Part shown: in pieces, positions 1 through 10,569 of the stretch | Layout: each line of letters opens with the position of its first letter | Numbering within the stretch: the first letter of the stretch is position 1 | Virus record (IMG/VR): IMGVR_UViG_3300017783_000001 | Reading direction: 5' to 3' (one strand) | Source: a virus | Length of the DNA stretch: 64,000 nucleotides | Notes under the pieces: model-generated | Databases searched by the model: none | Told to the model about the DNA's origin: nothing | The model's input: the letters and a program-made list of their open reading frames with translations, nothing else | Program-made: the position numbers and the translations under genes

Positions 1-2409
1 AATTTCAGTTGGTACTGATAAGTTAGTTGTGTTACCGTGTCCTAAAACACCGTAACCGTTGTAACCCCAAGTATATAATTTACCGGTTACATCTAAAGCA
101 AAACAGAAAGCGTATCCTGCACCAGCAGTCCAGAAAGCGTCAATCTTATTACCATTGAAGTAAGTAGTCTTATTAATTTTTGTAGGTCTATTTAAATCAG
201 AAGTATTGTTTTGTCCTAATTGACCGTATCCATTGTAACCCCAAGCCCATAGTTCGCCGTCAGTATCTAACGCATAACAACTATGTGTATTTGTGTTATT
301 GTCTCCGCCCCAATTAGTAATGTAAATTCTTTTAATTCTTGTATCTTTCAATGTGTGAGTTGAAGTATTAGCAGCAAGATAAACTTCTTGGTATGTTCCA
401 CCACATCTTACCGTGTATCCTCTGTTTGAAGTAGCAGCGTCACCATTTTGTCCGTGACCTCCGTAACCCCAATGGTATATTTCACCATTATTAAATAGTG
501 CCATACCAACTTCATATCCAGATAATAGTTGAATTGCTTTTGGTGGTTCTCCATCAGGAGTAGTATGAATACCACTACCACCATTGTCTGTACTTCTGTA
601 CCAGTCTAGGAATGGAAATACCATACCAACACCAGTCATAATAGAACCTTGTTCTAATCCGTTTTGACCGTTAGAGTTTGAACCCCAACTTGTAATTGAA
701 CCTCTACCGTTAATGAAACAAGGCCAGTTAACACAATTCGCTTGTTGGAATTGTCCAGGCAATCTGTATAACGGATGGTCATCACCAATAGGTCCGTTTT
801 CATTACATAATGCCATTGCTTCTAATCTGTTTCCACTAAAGAAGTTTTGATAACCTCTTGCTTTTTTCTGTGTACTTGCAACATCAAACGCAATAGCAGC
901 ACCAGAATATAATACTTGTGCGTCAACACCTAATGTATCACCTACAAGGTTGTTTTCACCACCCATCATTTCAGCTTCGTCATCATTTTCCCATTGTGCG
1001 TTTTGCATTCCTCTTTTTTGGTCTCTAGCGATTTCTATTTGAAGAGCACCCCAAGTACCAATTGATAATATATCAAAAGTAAAGTCAGGTGCACCGCCAG
1101 CTCCTAGAAGTGAGTCACCCATTGTAATTGTTTCGTTAACAGCATATCCTAAGCCACCCATTTGACCACCAAGTGATTTTTTGGTAACTTTAACTGAAAT
1201 AACAGCACCGTTATTATCTACTTCAATATCAAATGTGCAGTTTGAACCAGCACCAGAAGATGAAGATTGTGTTAAGTTTCTGTATATACCAGGTTTTCTT
1301 TTGTAATGTGCAGTTGAAAAGTTTCCAACTGATTTAACTGATTGGTAACCTTCACAAGTAATATGTACTTGAGGAGAGTTATATCCACCAGTTCTTCCTG
1401 CACCACTATTTTCAGCAGCGGCAGTAGCATTATTAGTATTTACAAAAGGATAATATCCTGCTTGTCTAGCAGGTGAAGCAGAAGTAGATGAAGTATCTAA
1501 TGTTGCAACAGCACCACTATCTGTAATTGTTTCGTCATCAAATTGATGTTCTTCTGAAATTCTTTCCCAATACTTGTTTGCGTCTGTATCAGTATCTTGG
1601 TCCCAAGGTAAAGTACCTGCGACACCAGATGTGTGTTCTCTTAAACAAACATAAGTACATCTAATTTTTTGAATTTGGTCTCCAGAATATTGATTGTTTG
1701 TAGAAAAGTCATTATCTACAGGAACATTTATTCTGATTATATCATTTGGATTGTAAACAACAGAAGCTTCACTATGGTCACCTCTCCATTTAAATGATTG
1801 TCTGATTTCTTTCCATACTTGGTTTTCGGCAACGACCATTTTAGGTCCCCAAGTAGCAGAAGGATTATCAAAGTTGAAGATATAAATTTCTTTTGGAGTT
1901 TCAGCAGTAATCTCTATTCTAATTTCTCTTTTAGTAGCATTGTTAAATGTACCAGAGTTAAAGTATTCACCGCTTCCAGTTCCACCACCAACAGACTTAC
2001 CGTCTAACATATAGGTTACATCTGTGTGGAATAAATTTGTTTCTTTTGAAGTAGCAGAGTCAGAAAATGCAATCTTATTATCATCAAAGTCATTACCGTC
2101 TTGGTATAATACTAATGTATCACCAATTTTGTATTGTACTTCTGATTGAGGCCAAGTTGCTTCACCGTCCCATTTGTAAGCATTACCACCAGTACTTGCT
2201 GATGTAGCAATAGTTACCCTTGCATATCTTTTTTGTTGAGCTTCTGTTCCAGTATCAGGTGCTACTCCTGTAGTAGACGAATTTTTAACACAAATATAAT
2301 CAGAATTGTTGTGTAATACAACATCATCTTTAAAGTATGTTTTCGTACTTGAATAATCACCCTGGTAATTGAAGAACAGATTACCAATTCTAGTTTTTGT
2401 TGTTGCCAT
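1..2409 (-). CDS. Large tail-fibre/virion protein with RCC1-like repeats (partial, runs off the left end)
   Basis: Absent from the ORF track because it is truncated. Starts MATTKTRIGNLFFNYQGDY at 2409 and reads in frame to base 1. C-terminal part has RCC1/BLIP-II-type repeats (LWAWGYNGYGQLGQNNT, LYTWGYNGYGVLGHGNT). Confidence 0.75.
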   Translation of the reverse strand, partial: MATTKTRIGNLFFNYQGDYSSTKTYFKDDVVLHNNSDYICVKNSSTTGVAPDTGTEAQQKRYARVTIATSASTGGNAYKWDGEATWPQSEVQYKIGDTLVLYQDGNDFDDNKIAFSDSATSKETNLFHTDVTYMLDGKSVGGGTGSGEYFNSGTFNNATKREIRIEITAETPKEIYIFNFDNPSATWGPKMVVAENQVWKEIRQSFKWRGDHSEASVVYNPNDIIRINVPVDNDFSTNNQYSGDQIQKIRCTYVCLREHTSGVAGTLPWDQDTDTDANKYWERISEEHQFDDETITDSGAVATLDTSSTSASPARQAGYYPFVNTNNATAAAENSGAGRTGGYNSPQVHITCEGYQSVKSVGNFSTAHYKRKPGIYRNLTQSSSSGAGSNCTFDIEVDNNGAVISVKVTKKSLGGQMGGLGYAVNETITMGDSLLGAGGAPDFTFDILSIGTWGALQIEIARDQKRGMQNAQWENDDEAEMMGGENNLVGDTLGVDAQVLYSGAAIAFDVASTQKKARGYQNFFSGNRLEAMALCNENGPIGDDHPLYRLPGQFQQANCVNWPCFINGRGSITSWGSNSNGQNGLEQGSIMTGVGMVFPFLDWYRSTDNGGSGIHTTPDGEPPKAIQLLSGYEVGMALFNNGEIYHWGYGGHGQNGDAATSNRGYTVRCGGTYQEVYLAANTSTHTLKDTRIKRIYITNWGGDNNTNTHSCYALDTDGELWAWGYNGYGQLGQNNTSDLNRPTKINKTTYFNGNKIDAFWTAGAGYAFCFALDVTGKLYTWGYNGYGVLGHGNTTNLSVPTEI

Positions 2410-2436
2410 TTTTATATCTTCCTATTTAACTATTAT

Positions 2437-5400
2437 TTATGTTGTTTCTATTACCAAGTCTCCAGATTTATCAATGTTTATTTGCATAGTTCCGTTGATA
2501 AATTCAAATCCTTCAGTTGCGTCCGTACCATCAAAGTAAGCACTTTCTTTTTGTATTAACTCATTTGCATTTGTTATTACTCTTCTCTTTAATGATAAGT
2601 CTTCATCATCAATTGAAAGTGTTTGTAATGTTGGAGTTCCTTGTGCGTCAACATATGACTTATTAACTAAATCATTTGCAGCCGTTGGAGCAATAGCAGT
2701 TTGTGCTTGTGCAGAAAGAGTAATTATACCATTGTTTTGTGTTCCAATAGATAAGTTAACATCTGTTCCACTCGTACCTGTTGTAGAGATACTTGTTCCA
2801 GAAGCAGTAATTGAACCAGCAGTTAATGAGTTAACTGATAAATCATTCTGTCCTCCACCAAGTTGACCATCTACATAAGTCTTAATCGCTCTTTCGGTAA
2901 CTAGAGCAGTATCAGAATTATCTGCTAATGTTCCGTCAGTACTAAATTCATTAATTGTAGCACCGAAGTTACCTTGTGCGTTTGAGCCTAGACTCAATTC
3001 TTGTAATCCAGAAAGGTCAAATGCTTCAGCGTTCAATGTCGCTTTACCAGTTGCCTGTTCAATTCTAAACAAGTTACCAACTCTAAAGTTACCGTCTTGG
3101 TCAGTAGATGAGTAGAATACTCTTCCTCTATCTGCTTCAAATATTTCATCATTTGCGTCAGGTAATTGTGTTGGTGTGTTAGGATAATTTGTTGTAGTAA
3201 TATCACCAGTACCTACATCCAAGAAGTCGTGTCCAGTCAATCTAATGTTTGAGTAATTACTTCTTAATGTTGCAGTCTCGGAGTGTGTTGGAGTGTTAGA
3301 AGTTGTAAATTTAGGATTTACTCTAACAAGTCCAGCGCCAGCATTATAACCGGTTACACTAACAACATAATATGCTTGATTGGATATTCCAGCAAATTCA
3401 ACAATGTCACCACCAGTTGGTGATTTAGATAATCCTGTTAATCTAACAAAGGCAGTACCTTCACTAGAGATTTCAGCATAACCGTCACCTGTAATAGTTG
3501 CAGTTGTTGTTTCTGTTTTATATCCAGAACCACTTGTTGTTACCGTAGTTTGTGAAATTACACCGTCACCAATATGTGATGTTGCAGTTCCAACCGTACT
3601 TGCGTTAGGGTCTGTGATTGTTACCGTTGGTGCAGAAGAATAACCGGCACCACCGTCTAATATAAGAATTTTTGAAATTTGTTGATTTTCTACAACTGCT
3701 CTTGCGAGTGCGTTTCTACTAGGAGAACCACCACCACTTAAAGCAACTCTTGGTTCAATTTCATATCCTGAAGTTGTATCAAAAGTTGTTGCAGCTGATA
3801 ATCCAGAGTTTACGAATACATCAAATCCTGCGACACCATTTTCTTTTTGTACCGTTGCAGTTTTTGTAGAAGCAACATAGTCAGCGATAACACCTGTGTT
3901 ACCATAACCAGTTCCTGTATATACCGTAATTCTCATACCATTGTAGAAGTCATCAGGTTGTGAATCAGAAGCAGCAAGTTTAATTGTACTTGAAGTTCCT
4001 GTTTGTGCAAAACCTGTTGTAGTAAAGTGTGTTGATCCTGTAGTGTTAACTTTAACAAAGTTTACAGCACCATCAGCGTGAGTTGTTGATACAGCACCAG
4101 AAGCACCGGATCCTGCAATTGCAACACTTGAAGAAGTGTAAGCATTTCCAGCGTATTGTAATTCTAATCTTCCGATTCCAGAACCAGATACTAATACTCT
4201 TCCTACTTGAGCTTCGTTGTTTCTTAAATCAACATTACCAGTATATGGTGTTTCACCAGCGTCAATACCAGTTGCAGTTGAACCGTATTCACCGTAAGAG
4301 TTGTTTGAGTTCAAACTTCTCATAACAGCACCACTATCACATAAGTAACCGTGATGTGCGTAATATGTAAATACAGATACTAATTCTGATTTAGCATTAT
4401 TCAATGCCCAAACTCCAATACCGTCAGAAGTTACCTGTGTAAAGTCGTTTGCAAGTATACTTCTGTTTCCAGAGTTGTGTAATGAACCGTCAATCTTAAT
4501 ACCAACAGAACCAAATCCAAAGTGAGTACAATTCTGAATAAATGGTGATTTAGATGTAATGTGTGTAGTTGTATCGCCAACTCCAGTTCCTGGGTCTAAT
4601 GCAAATACAACACCACTTCGTGTTGCACCGTCAGAAGTATTAGGTCTTGCAACTCCGTAAGAGTCAGCAGTTCCCATAGTTCCAACCATTCCAGTAAATG
4701 TAAATCCTGCAACCGTTGTACCGTTATGTACTCTAAACATATCAGCACGATTGTTTGGAGTGTTTGTTAATCCAGCAACCGTTGAGTTACCAGAAGCAGG
4801 TTTAATTCTTGTACTTCTAACACCGTCTCCAACTAATTGTGTATTAGCAGATAAGATGATAGGTAATGATTCTTCGTATTCTCCAGTTTTAACATAAACC
4901 GTTTTAAATGTAGCAGCGGTTACATTAGCGTTAATCCAAGTCATTGCATATTGCAAAGTTAACCAAGGTTTGTCTAATGAAGTTCCTCTACCTGTATCAG
5001 AAGCTGGGTCGTTGTCAGCACCGTGTTTAGCAACAAAGTAAACATTTGCTGTAACCCCAGGTATTGTCCAACTAACATCTGTTCCGTCTGATTGAACAAC
5101 TGAACCAGATGTACCAATTGGCAATCTAATATTTTGTGTAGCGTTTCTTGTTAATAAGTCACCTCTTGTAGTGGTAACAAAGTTTGAATCTCCTTCAGCA
5201 ACTAGGTCCCAGTAAACTCCGCCTGTATCATAATCAGGTCTCTTAGCGTCTCCTACAACAGCAGAAGATGTGTGAGCAAGTTTACATCTATAAGATGATG
5301 AACCGTAACCAACTGAATCACCAGGAGCATAAGCAGTTGCGTCTGCCCAATTGTCTCTCCAGTTAAATCCTTCGTTTAATAAATCCCAAGTCGCAGTAGT

Positions 5401-6153
5401 TGTTGGTACAACTCCAGTTGCGTCTTGTTTTGCAACATAAGTATGACCACCATATCTTACTACATCACCAGTTTTGTATGCAGTACCACCAGCATATGTA
5501 CCTTGCATTTTGAAACCAGTTGTTAAAACCGTCCAATATGAAGCGTTGTTATATGGTGTTTGACCTGTTGATTGTTGTTCGGCAACATAGTTGTAACCGC
5601 CGTAGGTTACAATGTCACCTGCTTGATATGCAGTTGCAGAATTGTATGAATCTTCAAATTCTAGTCCAGAAACGAATAAAGTAAATTTAGTAGTATCAAT
5701 AGTTGAAGCGGCAGTATGTTCAACCGTACAAATGTAAACATTCGCACCGTACTTTGCTAAATCGTTAACTTTATATGCTGTTGAAGCAGTATAAGTTCCT
5801 GTCCATTTAAATCCTGGAACAAATGATGTCCACTTTGAAGTGTCATCATATAAATCTGATTGTGAAGTGTGCGCTGTATTACATACGAAAGTAGAACCTC
5901 CCCATTGTACTACATCATCTACTTTATAAGCAGTTGTTCCTGCCCAAGCACCTTTCCACTCTTGTCCTGCAACCATCTTTTTCCATTTGGTTGCTGTTAA
6001 ATCTGTTTCAAACGCAGCTGAACCTGTATGGTTAGCCATCGCCACGAAGCTGTTTCCTCCGTATCTTACAACATCATCTTTGATGTATGCTGTTCCTGTA
6101 ACCCAATCTCCTTTAAAGTGAAATTTAAGTCTACCTAGAATAAAATCTGCCAT
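2437..6153 (-). CDS. Tail fibre / receptor-binding protein with N-terminal W/Y-rich carbohydrate-binding-like repeats and a beta-helix-like region
   Basis: 1238 aa. About six repeats of W.G.(W/Y)...TAYK..DVV.YGG..YV, then a YFVAKHGAD...GTSLDKPWLTLQYA..VYVKTGEYEE pectin-lyase-like entry motif and GSGY repeats. Confidence 0.75.
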   Translation of the reverse strand: MADFILGRLKFHFKGDWVTGTAYIKDDVVRYGGNSFVAMANHTGSAAFETDLTATKWKKMVAGQEWKGAWAGTTAYKVDDVVQWGGSTFVCNTAHTSQSDLYDDTSKWTSFVPGFKWTGTYTASTAYKVNDLAKYGANVYICTVEHTAASTIDTTKFTLFVSGLEFEDSYNSATAYQAGDIVTYGGYNYVAEQQSTGQTPYNNASYWTVLTTGFKMQGTYAGGTAYKTGDVVRYGGHTYVAKQDATGVVPTTTATWDLLNEGFNWRDNWADATAYAPGDSVGYGSSSYRCKLAHTSSAVVGDAKRPDYDTGGVYWDLVAEGDSNFVTTTRGDLLTRNATQNIRLPIGTSGSVVQSDGTDVSWTIPGVTANVYFVAKHGADNDPASDTGRGTSLDKPWLTLQYAMTWINANVTAATFKTVYVKTGEYEESLPIILSANTQLVGDGVRSTRIKPASGNSTVAGLTNTPNNRADMFRVHNGTTVAGFTFTGMVGTMGTADSYGVARPNTSDGATRSGVVFALDPGTGVGDTTTHITSKSPFIQNCTHFGFGSVGIKIDGSLHNSGNRSILANDFTQVTSDGIGVWALNNAKSELVSVFTYYAHHGYLCDSGAVMRSLNSNNSYGEYGSTATGIDAGETPYTGNVDLRNNEAQVGRVLVSGSGIGRLELQYAGNAYTSSSVAIAGSGASGAVSTTHADGAVNFVKVNTTGSTHFTTTGFAQTGTSSTIKLAASDSQPDDFYNGMRITVYTGTGYGNTGVIADYVASTKTATVQKENGVAGFDVFVNSGLSAATTFDTTSGYEIEPRVALSGGGSPSRNALARAVVENQQISKILILDGGAGYSSAPTVTITDPNASTVGTATSHIGDGVISQTTVTTSGSGYKTETTTATITGDGYAEISSEGTAFVRLTGLSKSPTGGDIVEFAGISNQAYYVVSVTGYNAGAGLVRVNPKFTTSNTPTHSETATLRSNYSNIRLTGHDFLDVGTGDITTTNYPNTPTQLPDANDEIFEADRGRVFYSSTDQDGNFRVGNLFRIEQATGKATLNAEAFDLSGLQELSLGSNAQGNFGATINEFSTDGTLADNSDTALVTERAIKTYVDGQLGGGQNDLSVNSLTAGSITASGTSISTTGTSGTDVNLSIGTQNNGIITLSAQAQTAIAPTAANDLVNKSYVDAQGTPTLQTLSIDDEDLSLKRRVITNANELIQKESAYFDGTDATEGFEFINGTMQINIDKSGDLVIETT

Positions 6154-6176
6154 TTTTATCTCTCTCTATTTAATTT

Positions 6177-6674
6177 TTACAAATACCTGTTAATGTTGTT
6201 TTGGGTATAATAAGTTCCTCCACTAGGTGTCCAGTTAGCTCCTGTTGTAGAAGTTGCTGTCTCACTAGCGGCGTATGTATAATCTTGTTGATACCTTGCA
6301 ACCAGATTACCGTCATCATTTATAAAATAAAAAAGTTTCAACGGATCAAATCTTGTTTGTTGATACTTTCTAAACTTTGCGTTTGTTTGATAATGGGAGT
6401 CCGTTGTTTCATCATAATCACTTTGTAGTGTATTCTGAACCGTTGTACCATCACTTGCTTTACCTAGTGCAAGTCCTTCAAAACCATTAAACCCAAATCC
6501 TTCACCAGAGTTAACTTCAATTGTCTCATTACTATCTAATTTTACTTTAGTATAGATTAAGAGACCATTAACATCACGGTTAAGGGCGTGCATTGCATAT
6601 TCGTTAGAGATTTGAAAACCAGCGGCGTCTACTGCTACTGCTTGTGAAGCTCCTGTTGGTAATGCTAATGCCAT
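6177..6674 (-). CDS. Hypothetical virion-associated protein
   Basis: 165 aa with SD GAGGA and a late promoter just upstream. Its YFINDDGNLV motif resembles the C-terminus of the downstream fibre (INIDKSGDLV). Confidence 0.6.
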   Translation of the reverse strand: MALALPTGASQAVAVDAAGFQISNEYAMHALNRDVNGLLIYTKVKLDSNETIEVNSGEGFGFNGFEGLALGKASDGTTVQNTLQSDYDETTDSHYQTNAKFRKYQQTRFDPLKLFYFINDDGNLVARYQQDYTYAASETATSTTGANWTPSGGTYYTQNNINRYL

Positions 6675-6699
6675 TTAATTATTCCTCTTCGTTTCTTTA

Positions 6700-6707
6700 T
6701 ATTTATA
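6700..6707 (-). promoter_or_regulatory. T4-type late promoter TATAAATA
   Basis: Exact TATAAATA on the minus strand in an intergenic gap. Confidence 0.75.
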
Positions 6708-6730
6708 CAATAACCAGCGTCTAAAAACTA

Positions 6731-7060
6731 TTAAGTATTTTCTAATACCGACATTACCGTATCTGTATTTCCGTGAGACGCAATAACTCTTATAATGTCA
6801 TTTGCTTCAAGGTTTACAGGTTTATCTAATATAAATGTGTTATTTTGTGGTATGATGATATTAGACATCAACGCCTTAAAAGTCGTTCCACCGTCTATTG
6901 TTATTTTTACATCAACTTCTGCTTGTGTATCAGTTGAAGTATTTGAAATGTAAACAGCGTGTAATACAGCAGTACCATTTGATGGTGCTGTATAAACATT
7001 TGCAGTTGAATCATCAACTTGCGAGTTTGTCATTCCTGCGTTTTTAAAAGCACTAGCCAT
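6731..7060 (-). CDS. Small virion structural protein (hypothetical)
   Basis: 109 aa beta-rich protein (YTAPS...NT...KPVNLEANDIIRV) within the tail-fibre operon. Confidence 0.6.
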   Translation of the reverse strand: MASAFKNAGMTNSQVDDSTANVYTAPSNGTAVLHAVYISNTSTDTQAEVDVKITIDGGTTFKALMSNIIIPQNNTFILDKPVNLEANDIIRVIASHGNTDTVMSVLENT

Positions 7061-7063
7061 TTA

Positions 7064-7444
7064 TTATCCTCCAAATACAACAGCAAAGGCAAGAATATCT
7101 CCGGTCAATGCTAATGTTCCACTAGAATTTGGTAGTTTAATCGTTCTATCAGCAGTCGGATTTTCTACCGTTAATGTTGTTTCAAAGGCGTCAGCTGTGG
7201 CACCTTCAAAAATAATGTTTGCGTTATTAAAAGTTAAGTCTGTTGTTGATACAGCACCTGCTTGTAATACTGATTGAATATCAATAGCAGAGGCACCACC
7301 AACTTCTTTAATAGTGTTCGCATTTTGCTTCGTGTAAAACTTACCGTCAGCAATGTTCATTGCTAATTCACCAATTTCTAAATCAGATAATTGAGGAACA
7401 GCAGAAGCTGTAAAACTTCTTTTTGGTTTAAGTATTGCGGTCAT
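7064..7444 (-). CDS. Short tail-fibre-associated protein with an Mtd-N-like N-terminus
   Basis: ILKPKRS...P..L..GELAMN.ADGKFY head. Its FEGATADAFETTLTVENPT module recurs in the 20569-21870 protein. Confidence 0.65.
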   Translation of the reverse strand: MTAILKPKRSFTASAVPQLSDLEIGELAMNIADGKFYTKQNANTIKEVGGASAIDIQSVLQAGAVSTTDLTFNNANIIFEGATADAFETTLTVENPTADRTIKLPNSSGTLALTGDILAFAVVFGG

Positions 7445-9180
7445 TAGAACAGACCACCGTCAATAGTATTCAATGCAACATCACCACTTGTTACCGTGAA
7501 GTTTGTACTATTAAATGACGCAACTCCTTTATTACTTGTACTTGCGTCTTCGCCAGCAATTGTAATTGCAGAACCAGAAGCAGAAGTATCAATTCCTTCT
7601 CCAGCAGAAATAGTTAATGTATTTCCTAATCCAACCGTACCAGTTCCAGTCTCACCAGCAAGTGAGATATTTGGATCAGCAAGTTTAGAGTTTGCAATAC
7701 TTCCTGCTAACATAGCATTTGTAACCCCACCTGCTTTAATAGATAAAGCGTCTGATATTACAGCGATTGAAGTATTGTCTACATTAACATCTAAAGTGTT
7801 TCCTGCTTTTACCATAGCTGCACCGGCAACTACTTGACCAGCACCAGAAAATTGTGATACAGGTAATTCAGTATTATTTGCAAGTGTACTATCAGTTAAA
7901 GTTGGTGTACCGTTATGAGTGAATACATAACCGTTATCACTATTAGCAGTACCTTCTTCTACGAAAGTAAATGTACCACCAGTTAAGTCAGTACCAACAT
8001 TTGCGTCTTGTGTTCTTGTTAATCTCCAGTTAGTAGAGTTAGTACCAACGATTTCTACTAGGTAGATACCGTTTTGTCTAGCTTCACTTTGGTCTTTAAC
8101 CATAACTCTATCGTTTTGTGATAATGCAACACCGTCAATAGTTAGTGCAGCTTGAGTTCCATTATTGTCTAATCTACCATTTGATTGGTCATATGTTGCA
8201 GATAAGTTTGCTGTAGTAGCAACTCTACAACTATCTTTTACATCTAAACCACTTGAAGCACTATCAACATATTCTTTTGTTGCAAGTGAGTCAGCAGCGA
8301 AACCTGCTCTATCTTTATATCCACTAGGTACGGTAACCGTTCCAGTTCCGTGTGGTGTTAAAGTAATATTTCTATTTGCAGCCGATGTAGCAATGTCTTG
8401 TCCATCTATTGTTAAATGGTCAACGACTACATTTGTTAATCCAGCAATGTCAGTTGTAGTAGCACCGAGAGTTAATGCAGTAGTACCTAAGGTTACACCG
8501 TCATTTGCAAGTTTAACATTTGATACGCCACCGTCAGCAAGTTGTGTTGTGCCAACTCCACCGTCTTGTACTTTAATAGTTACCGTATTGCCGGAAACTG
8601 CTGTATCAATTGTTGTATCACCTGTTAGTAATAGAGTAGAGTTAGTTGAGTAATCTGTTGTTGCACCAGCACTATCTTCAATTGTAAGTGTAGTATCTAC
8701 AGCGTCAAATCCTAATTGAGCTTCAGTACCAGAAGCAGAAATTACTTTTAGAAATTGTCCTTGAGAACCTGCACCGTCAGGTAGTAATAGTGTTGATGAA
8801 TTTGTTAATGATAATGGAGCTTTTAAAACAACATTGTTTGAACCGTTGTTTGTAGCTTCATTAAAAGTTATACGACCAGAGTTAGTTGTTTCGTTACCAA
8901 CTATAATCTCGTCAATTCTTTTGTTTGAATCTGTTGTTATTAATTTTTCAGCAGTAATGACACCGTTCGTTGTTGGAAATAAACTAGTGAAATACTTACC
9001 ACCAATTACATCAATATCGTTTGCGTTTCCTGAACCGTCTACACCACCTGCACCTACGAATAATCTATCACCGGCATTACCAGCAGTACCTGTGCCGTAT
9101 GTAAATGCTAATTCACCAAGTTTTAGTGTTCCTGGAGCTAAAGCATTAGCACTTCTTTTTATTCTAATTATTGTTGACAT
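7444..9180 (-). CDS. Tail fibre protein
   Basis: 578 aa, Gly/Thr-rich, with an IRIKRS...GELA N-terminus and an ATKEYVD...[13 protein letters not shown]...DRVMVKDQ...NGIY fibre module. Confidence 0.75.
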   Translation of the reverse strand: MSTIIRIKRSANALAPGTLKLGELAFTYGTGTAGNAGDRLFVGAGGVDGSGNANDIDVIGGKYFTSLFPTTNGVITAEKLITTDSNKRIDEIIVGNETTNSGRITFNEATNNGSNNVVLKAPLSLTNSSTLLLPDGAGSQGQFLKVISASGTEAQLGFDAVDTTLTIEDSAGATTDYSTNSTLLLTGDTTIDTAVSGNTVTIKVQDGGVGTTQLADGGVSNVKLANDGVTLGTTALTLGATTTDIAGLTNVVVDHLTIDGQDIATSAANRNITLTPHGTGTVTVPSGYKDRAGFAADSLATKEYVDSASSGLDVKDSCRVATTANLSATYDQSNGRLDNNGTQAALTIDGVALSQNDRVMVKDQSEARQNGIYLVEIVGTNSTNWRLTRTQDANVGTDLTGGTFTFVEEGTANSDNGYVFTHNGTPTLTDSTLANNTELPVSQFSGAGQVVAGAAMVKAGNTLDVNVDNTSIAVISDALSIKAGGVTNAMLAGSIANSKLADPNISLAGETGTGTVGLGNTLTISAGEGIDTSASGSAITIAGEDASTSNKGVASFNSTNFTVTSGDVALNTIDGGLF

Positions 9181-9210
9181 ATCTTAACTCTCTCTTTTGT
9201 TACCTTAAAC

Positions 9211-9468
9211 TTAAAATGAACCACCGTTCAATGTTATTGAACCAGTAGTAGTTGAAATCTCGTCTCTTACAACAAATTTATCACTTGTTGCAGAATACTG
9301 AATCATACTACCATCTGCTAAGGTAGAAGCGTCTACATCTCCCATTAATCTAAATTTCAAAGTAGAATTGGTAACAGCAGTTTGAGAAGCTGCACCTGCA
9401 GGCATAGTAACCGACACTTGTTGTGGTCTACTTATCGTTGAATCTATTCTTGCTTTAATTTGCGACAC
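9211..9468 (-). CDS. Small virion protein (hypothetical)
   Basis: 85 aa with GTG start and SD GGGAG. Ends LNGGSF, similar to the IDGGLF ending of the neighbouring fibre. Confidence 0.6.
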   Translation of the reverse strand: MSQIKARIDSTISRPQQVSVTMPAGAASQTAVTNSTLKFRLMGDVDASTLADGSMIQYSATSDKFVVRDEISTTTGSITLNGGSF

Positions 9469-9491
9469 TTTTAGTCTCCCTTAATTGTTAA

Positions 9492-9499
9492 TATTTATA
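9492..9499 (-). promoter_or_regulatory. T4-type late promoter TATAAATA
   Basis: Exact motif, intergenic. Confidence 0.75.
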
Positions 9500-9536
9500 A
9501 CCGAAGGGTATTCAAAAACTAATAGTTTAAAAAAAA

Positions 9537-9878
9537 TTAAATGGTCACATTAGGACGCACGGTTATTATACCTTCAATAACCCTGGTTACTACACTATCA
9601 CTAGTTCTCGTAACCTCTACATCATAAACATATCTCGCAGGCGCATCCAAGGCACCAGATTGAGCAGAAGTCAAAGATAGTGTTATAATGCCTGTAGCAG
9701 GGTTTGCTACGGCAGTAGTCATCGCTATCCGTGTCTTTGTACTCTCATACCCCTTTGCCATTTTTGCGGCAACGGTATGTCCAGTTAAGTCCCAAGCGGC
9801 ACCATCATTTCCTGCAAGTGTTATATTTGAAGAAAATGTTGTTCCTTGGTCTATTCTTAAATTTGCTATAGCAGCCAT
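9537..9878 (-). CDS. Virion structural protein (BppU-N/Ig-like)
   Basis: NLRIDQGTTF...G.I.LSLT..QS..L...RYVYDVE...TRVIEG.I.V.P pattern typical of fibre adaptor proteins. Confidence 0.6.
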   Translation of the reverse strand: MAAIANLRIDQGTTFSSNITLAGNDGAAWDLTGHTVAAKMAKGYESTKTRIAMTTAVANPATGIITLSLTSAQSGALDAPARYVYDVEVTRTSDSVVTRVIEGIITVRPNVTI

Positions 9879-9882
9879 TTAC

Positions 9883-10119
9883 TTAATCTTTTTTCGGTTC
9901 TTCTGTTTGAGTTTCTTCTTGTTTTGGAGCAGTTGGATCAATACCTAGAAATTCACAAATCTTAGCATTGTAGTATCTAACTAACACATCAATTTTTTCA
10001 AGTTCAATCTCAACTCTCGCCTTATTTTGTACTAATTCTTGTCTAGCGATAACATAATTTTTAGTTCTATCGTCAAACTTCTCTTCATCATACTCTTTAC
10101 CATTTATCTTAATTGCCAT
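9883..10119 (-). CDS. Hypothetical coiled-coil protein
   Basis: 78 aa (IKINGKEY...) with SD AGGAG and a late promoter upstream. Confidence 0.6.
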   Translation of the reverse strand: MAIKINGKEYDEEKFDDRTKNYVIARQELVQNKARVEIELEKIDVLVRYYNAKICEFLGIDPTAPKQEETQTEEPKKD

Positions 10120-10138
10120 AATTATCTCCTTGTATTAT

Positions 10139-10146
10139 TATTTATA
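10139..10146 (-). promoter_or_regulatory. T4-type late promoter TATAAATA
   Basis: Exact motif marking the downstream boundary of the enzyme cluster. Confidence 0.7.
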
Positions 10147-10158
10147 AGCGTTCTTATA

Positions 10159-10569
10159 TCAGATTTTACCATCATATCTAATTTCTTTTTCATAATAGTC
10201 TCTAATATCAGGTATCATTCCCAATTGTTCATCTTTAGGAAACGCCTTTATGATTGGGTCATAAATGTGTTTCTTCTCTTTATATACTTCAAAGTATGGG
10301 TCATTGCCAAATAACAAGTCCTTGTCGTTTAACAAATCGTAAAACTTATCACCATAATCTCTCTCTATCCACTTTGCATAACATATCGCTACACAATAAC
10401 TTTTTGCTGGGTAGATAAATCTTTCTACTTGTTCTACCCAATGTCTTTTAGCATTAAGAATAATATCACTATCTTCCCATATAAGATATATCTCCTTATC
10501 ATTCAATGTATCTTTGTGAGTAGGATTTAATCTATGATATACTTCTTGTTTGAGTTTCCATTCTTTCAT
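10159..10569 (-). CDS. Hypothetical protein of the radical SAM cluster
   Basis: 136 aa (IYPAKSYCVAICYA...DPYF), overlapping the upstream gene. Confidence 0.6.
   Translation of the reverse strand: MKEWKLKQEVYHRLNPTHKDTLNDKEIYLIWEDSDIILNAKRHWVEQVERFIYPAKSYCVAICYAKWIERDYGDKFYDLLNDKDLLFGNDPYFEVYKEKKHIYDPIIKAFPKDEQLGMIPDIRDYYEKEIRYDGKI

Noticed and set aside
7064-9180. Mtd-like N-termini suggesting a diversity-generating retroelement
   Set aside because: No reverse transcriptase or template/variable repeat pair is visible in the window.
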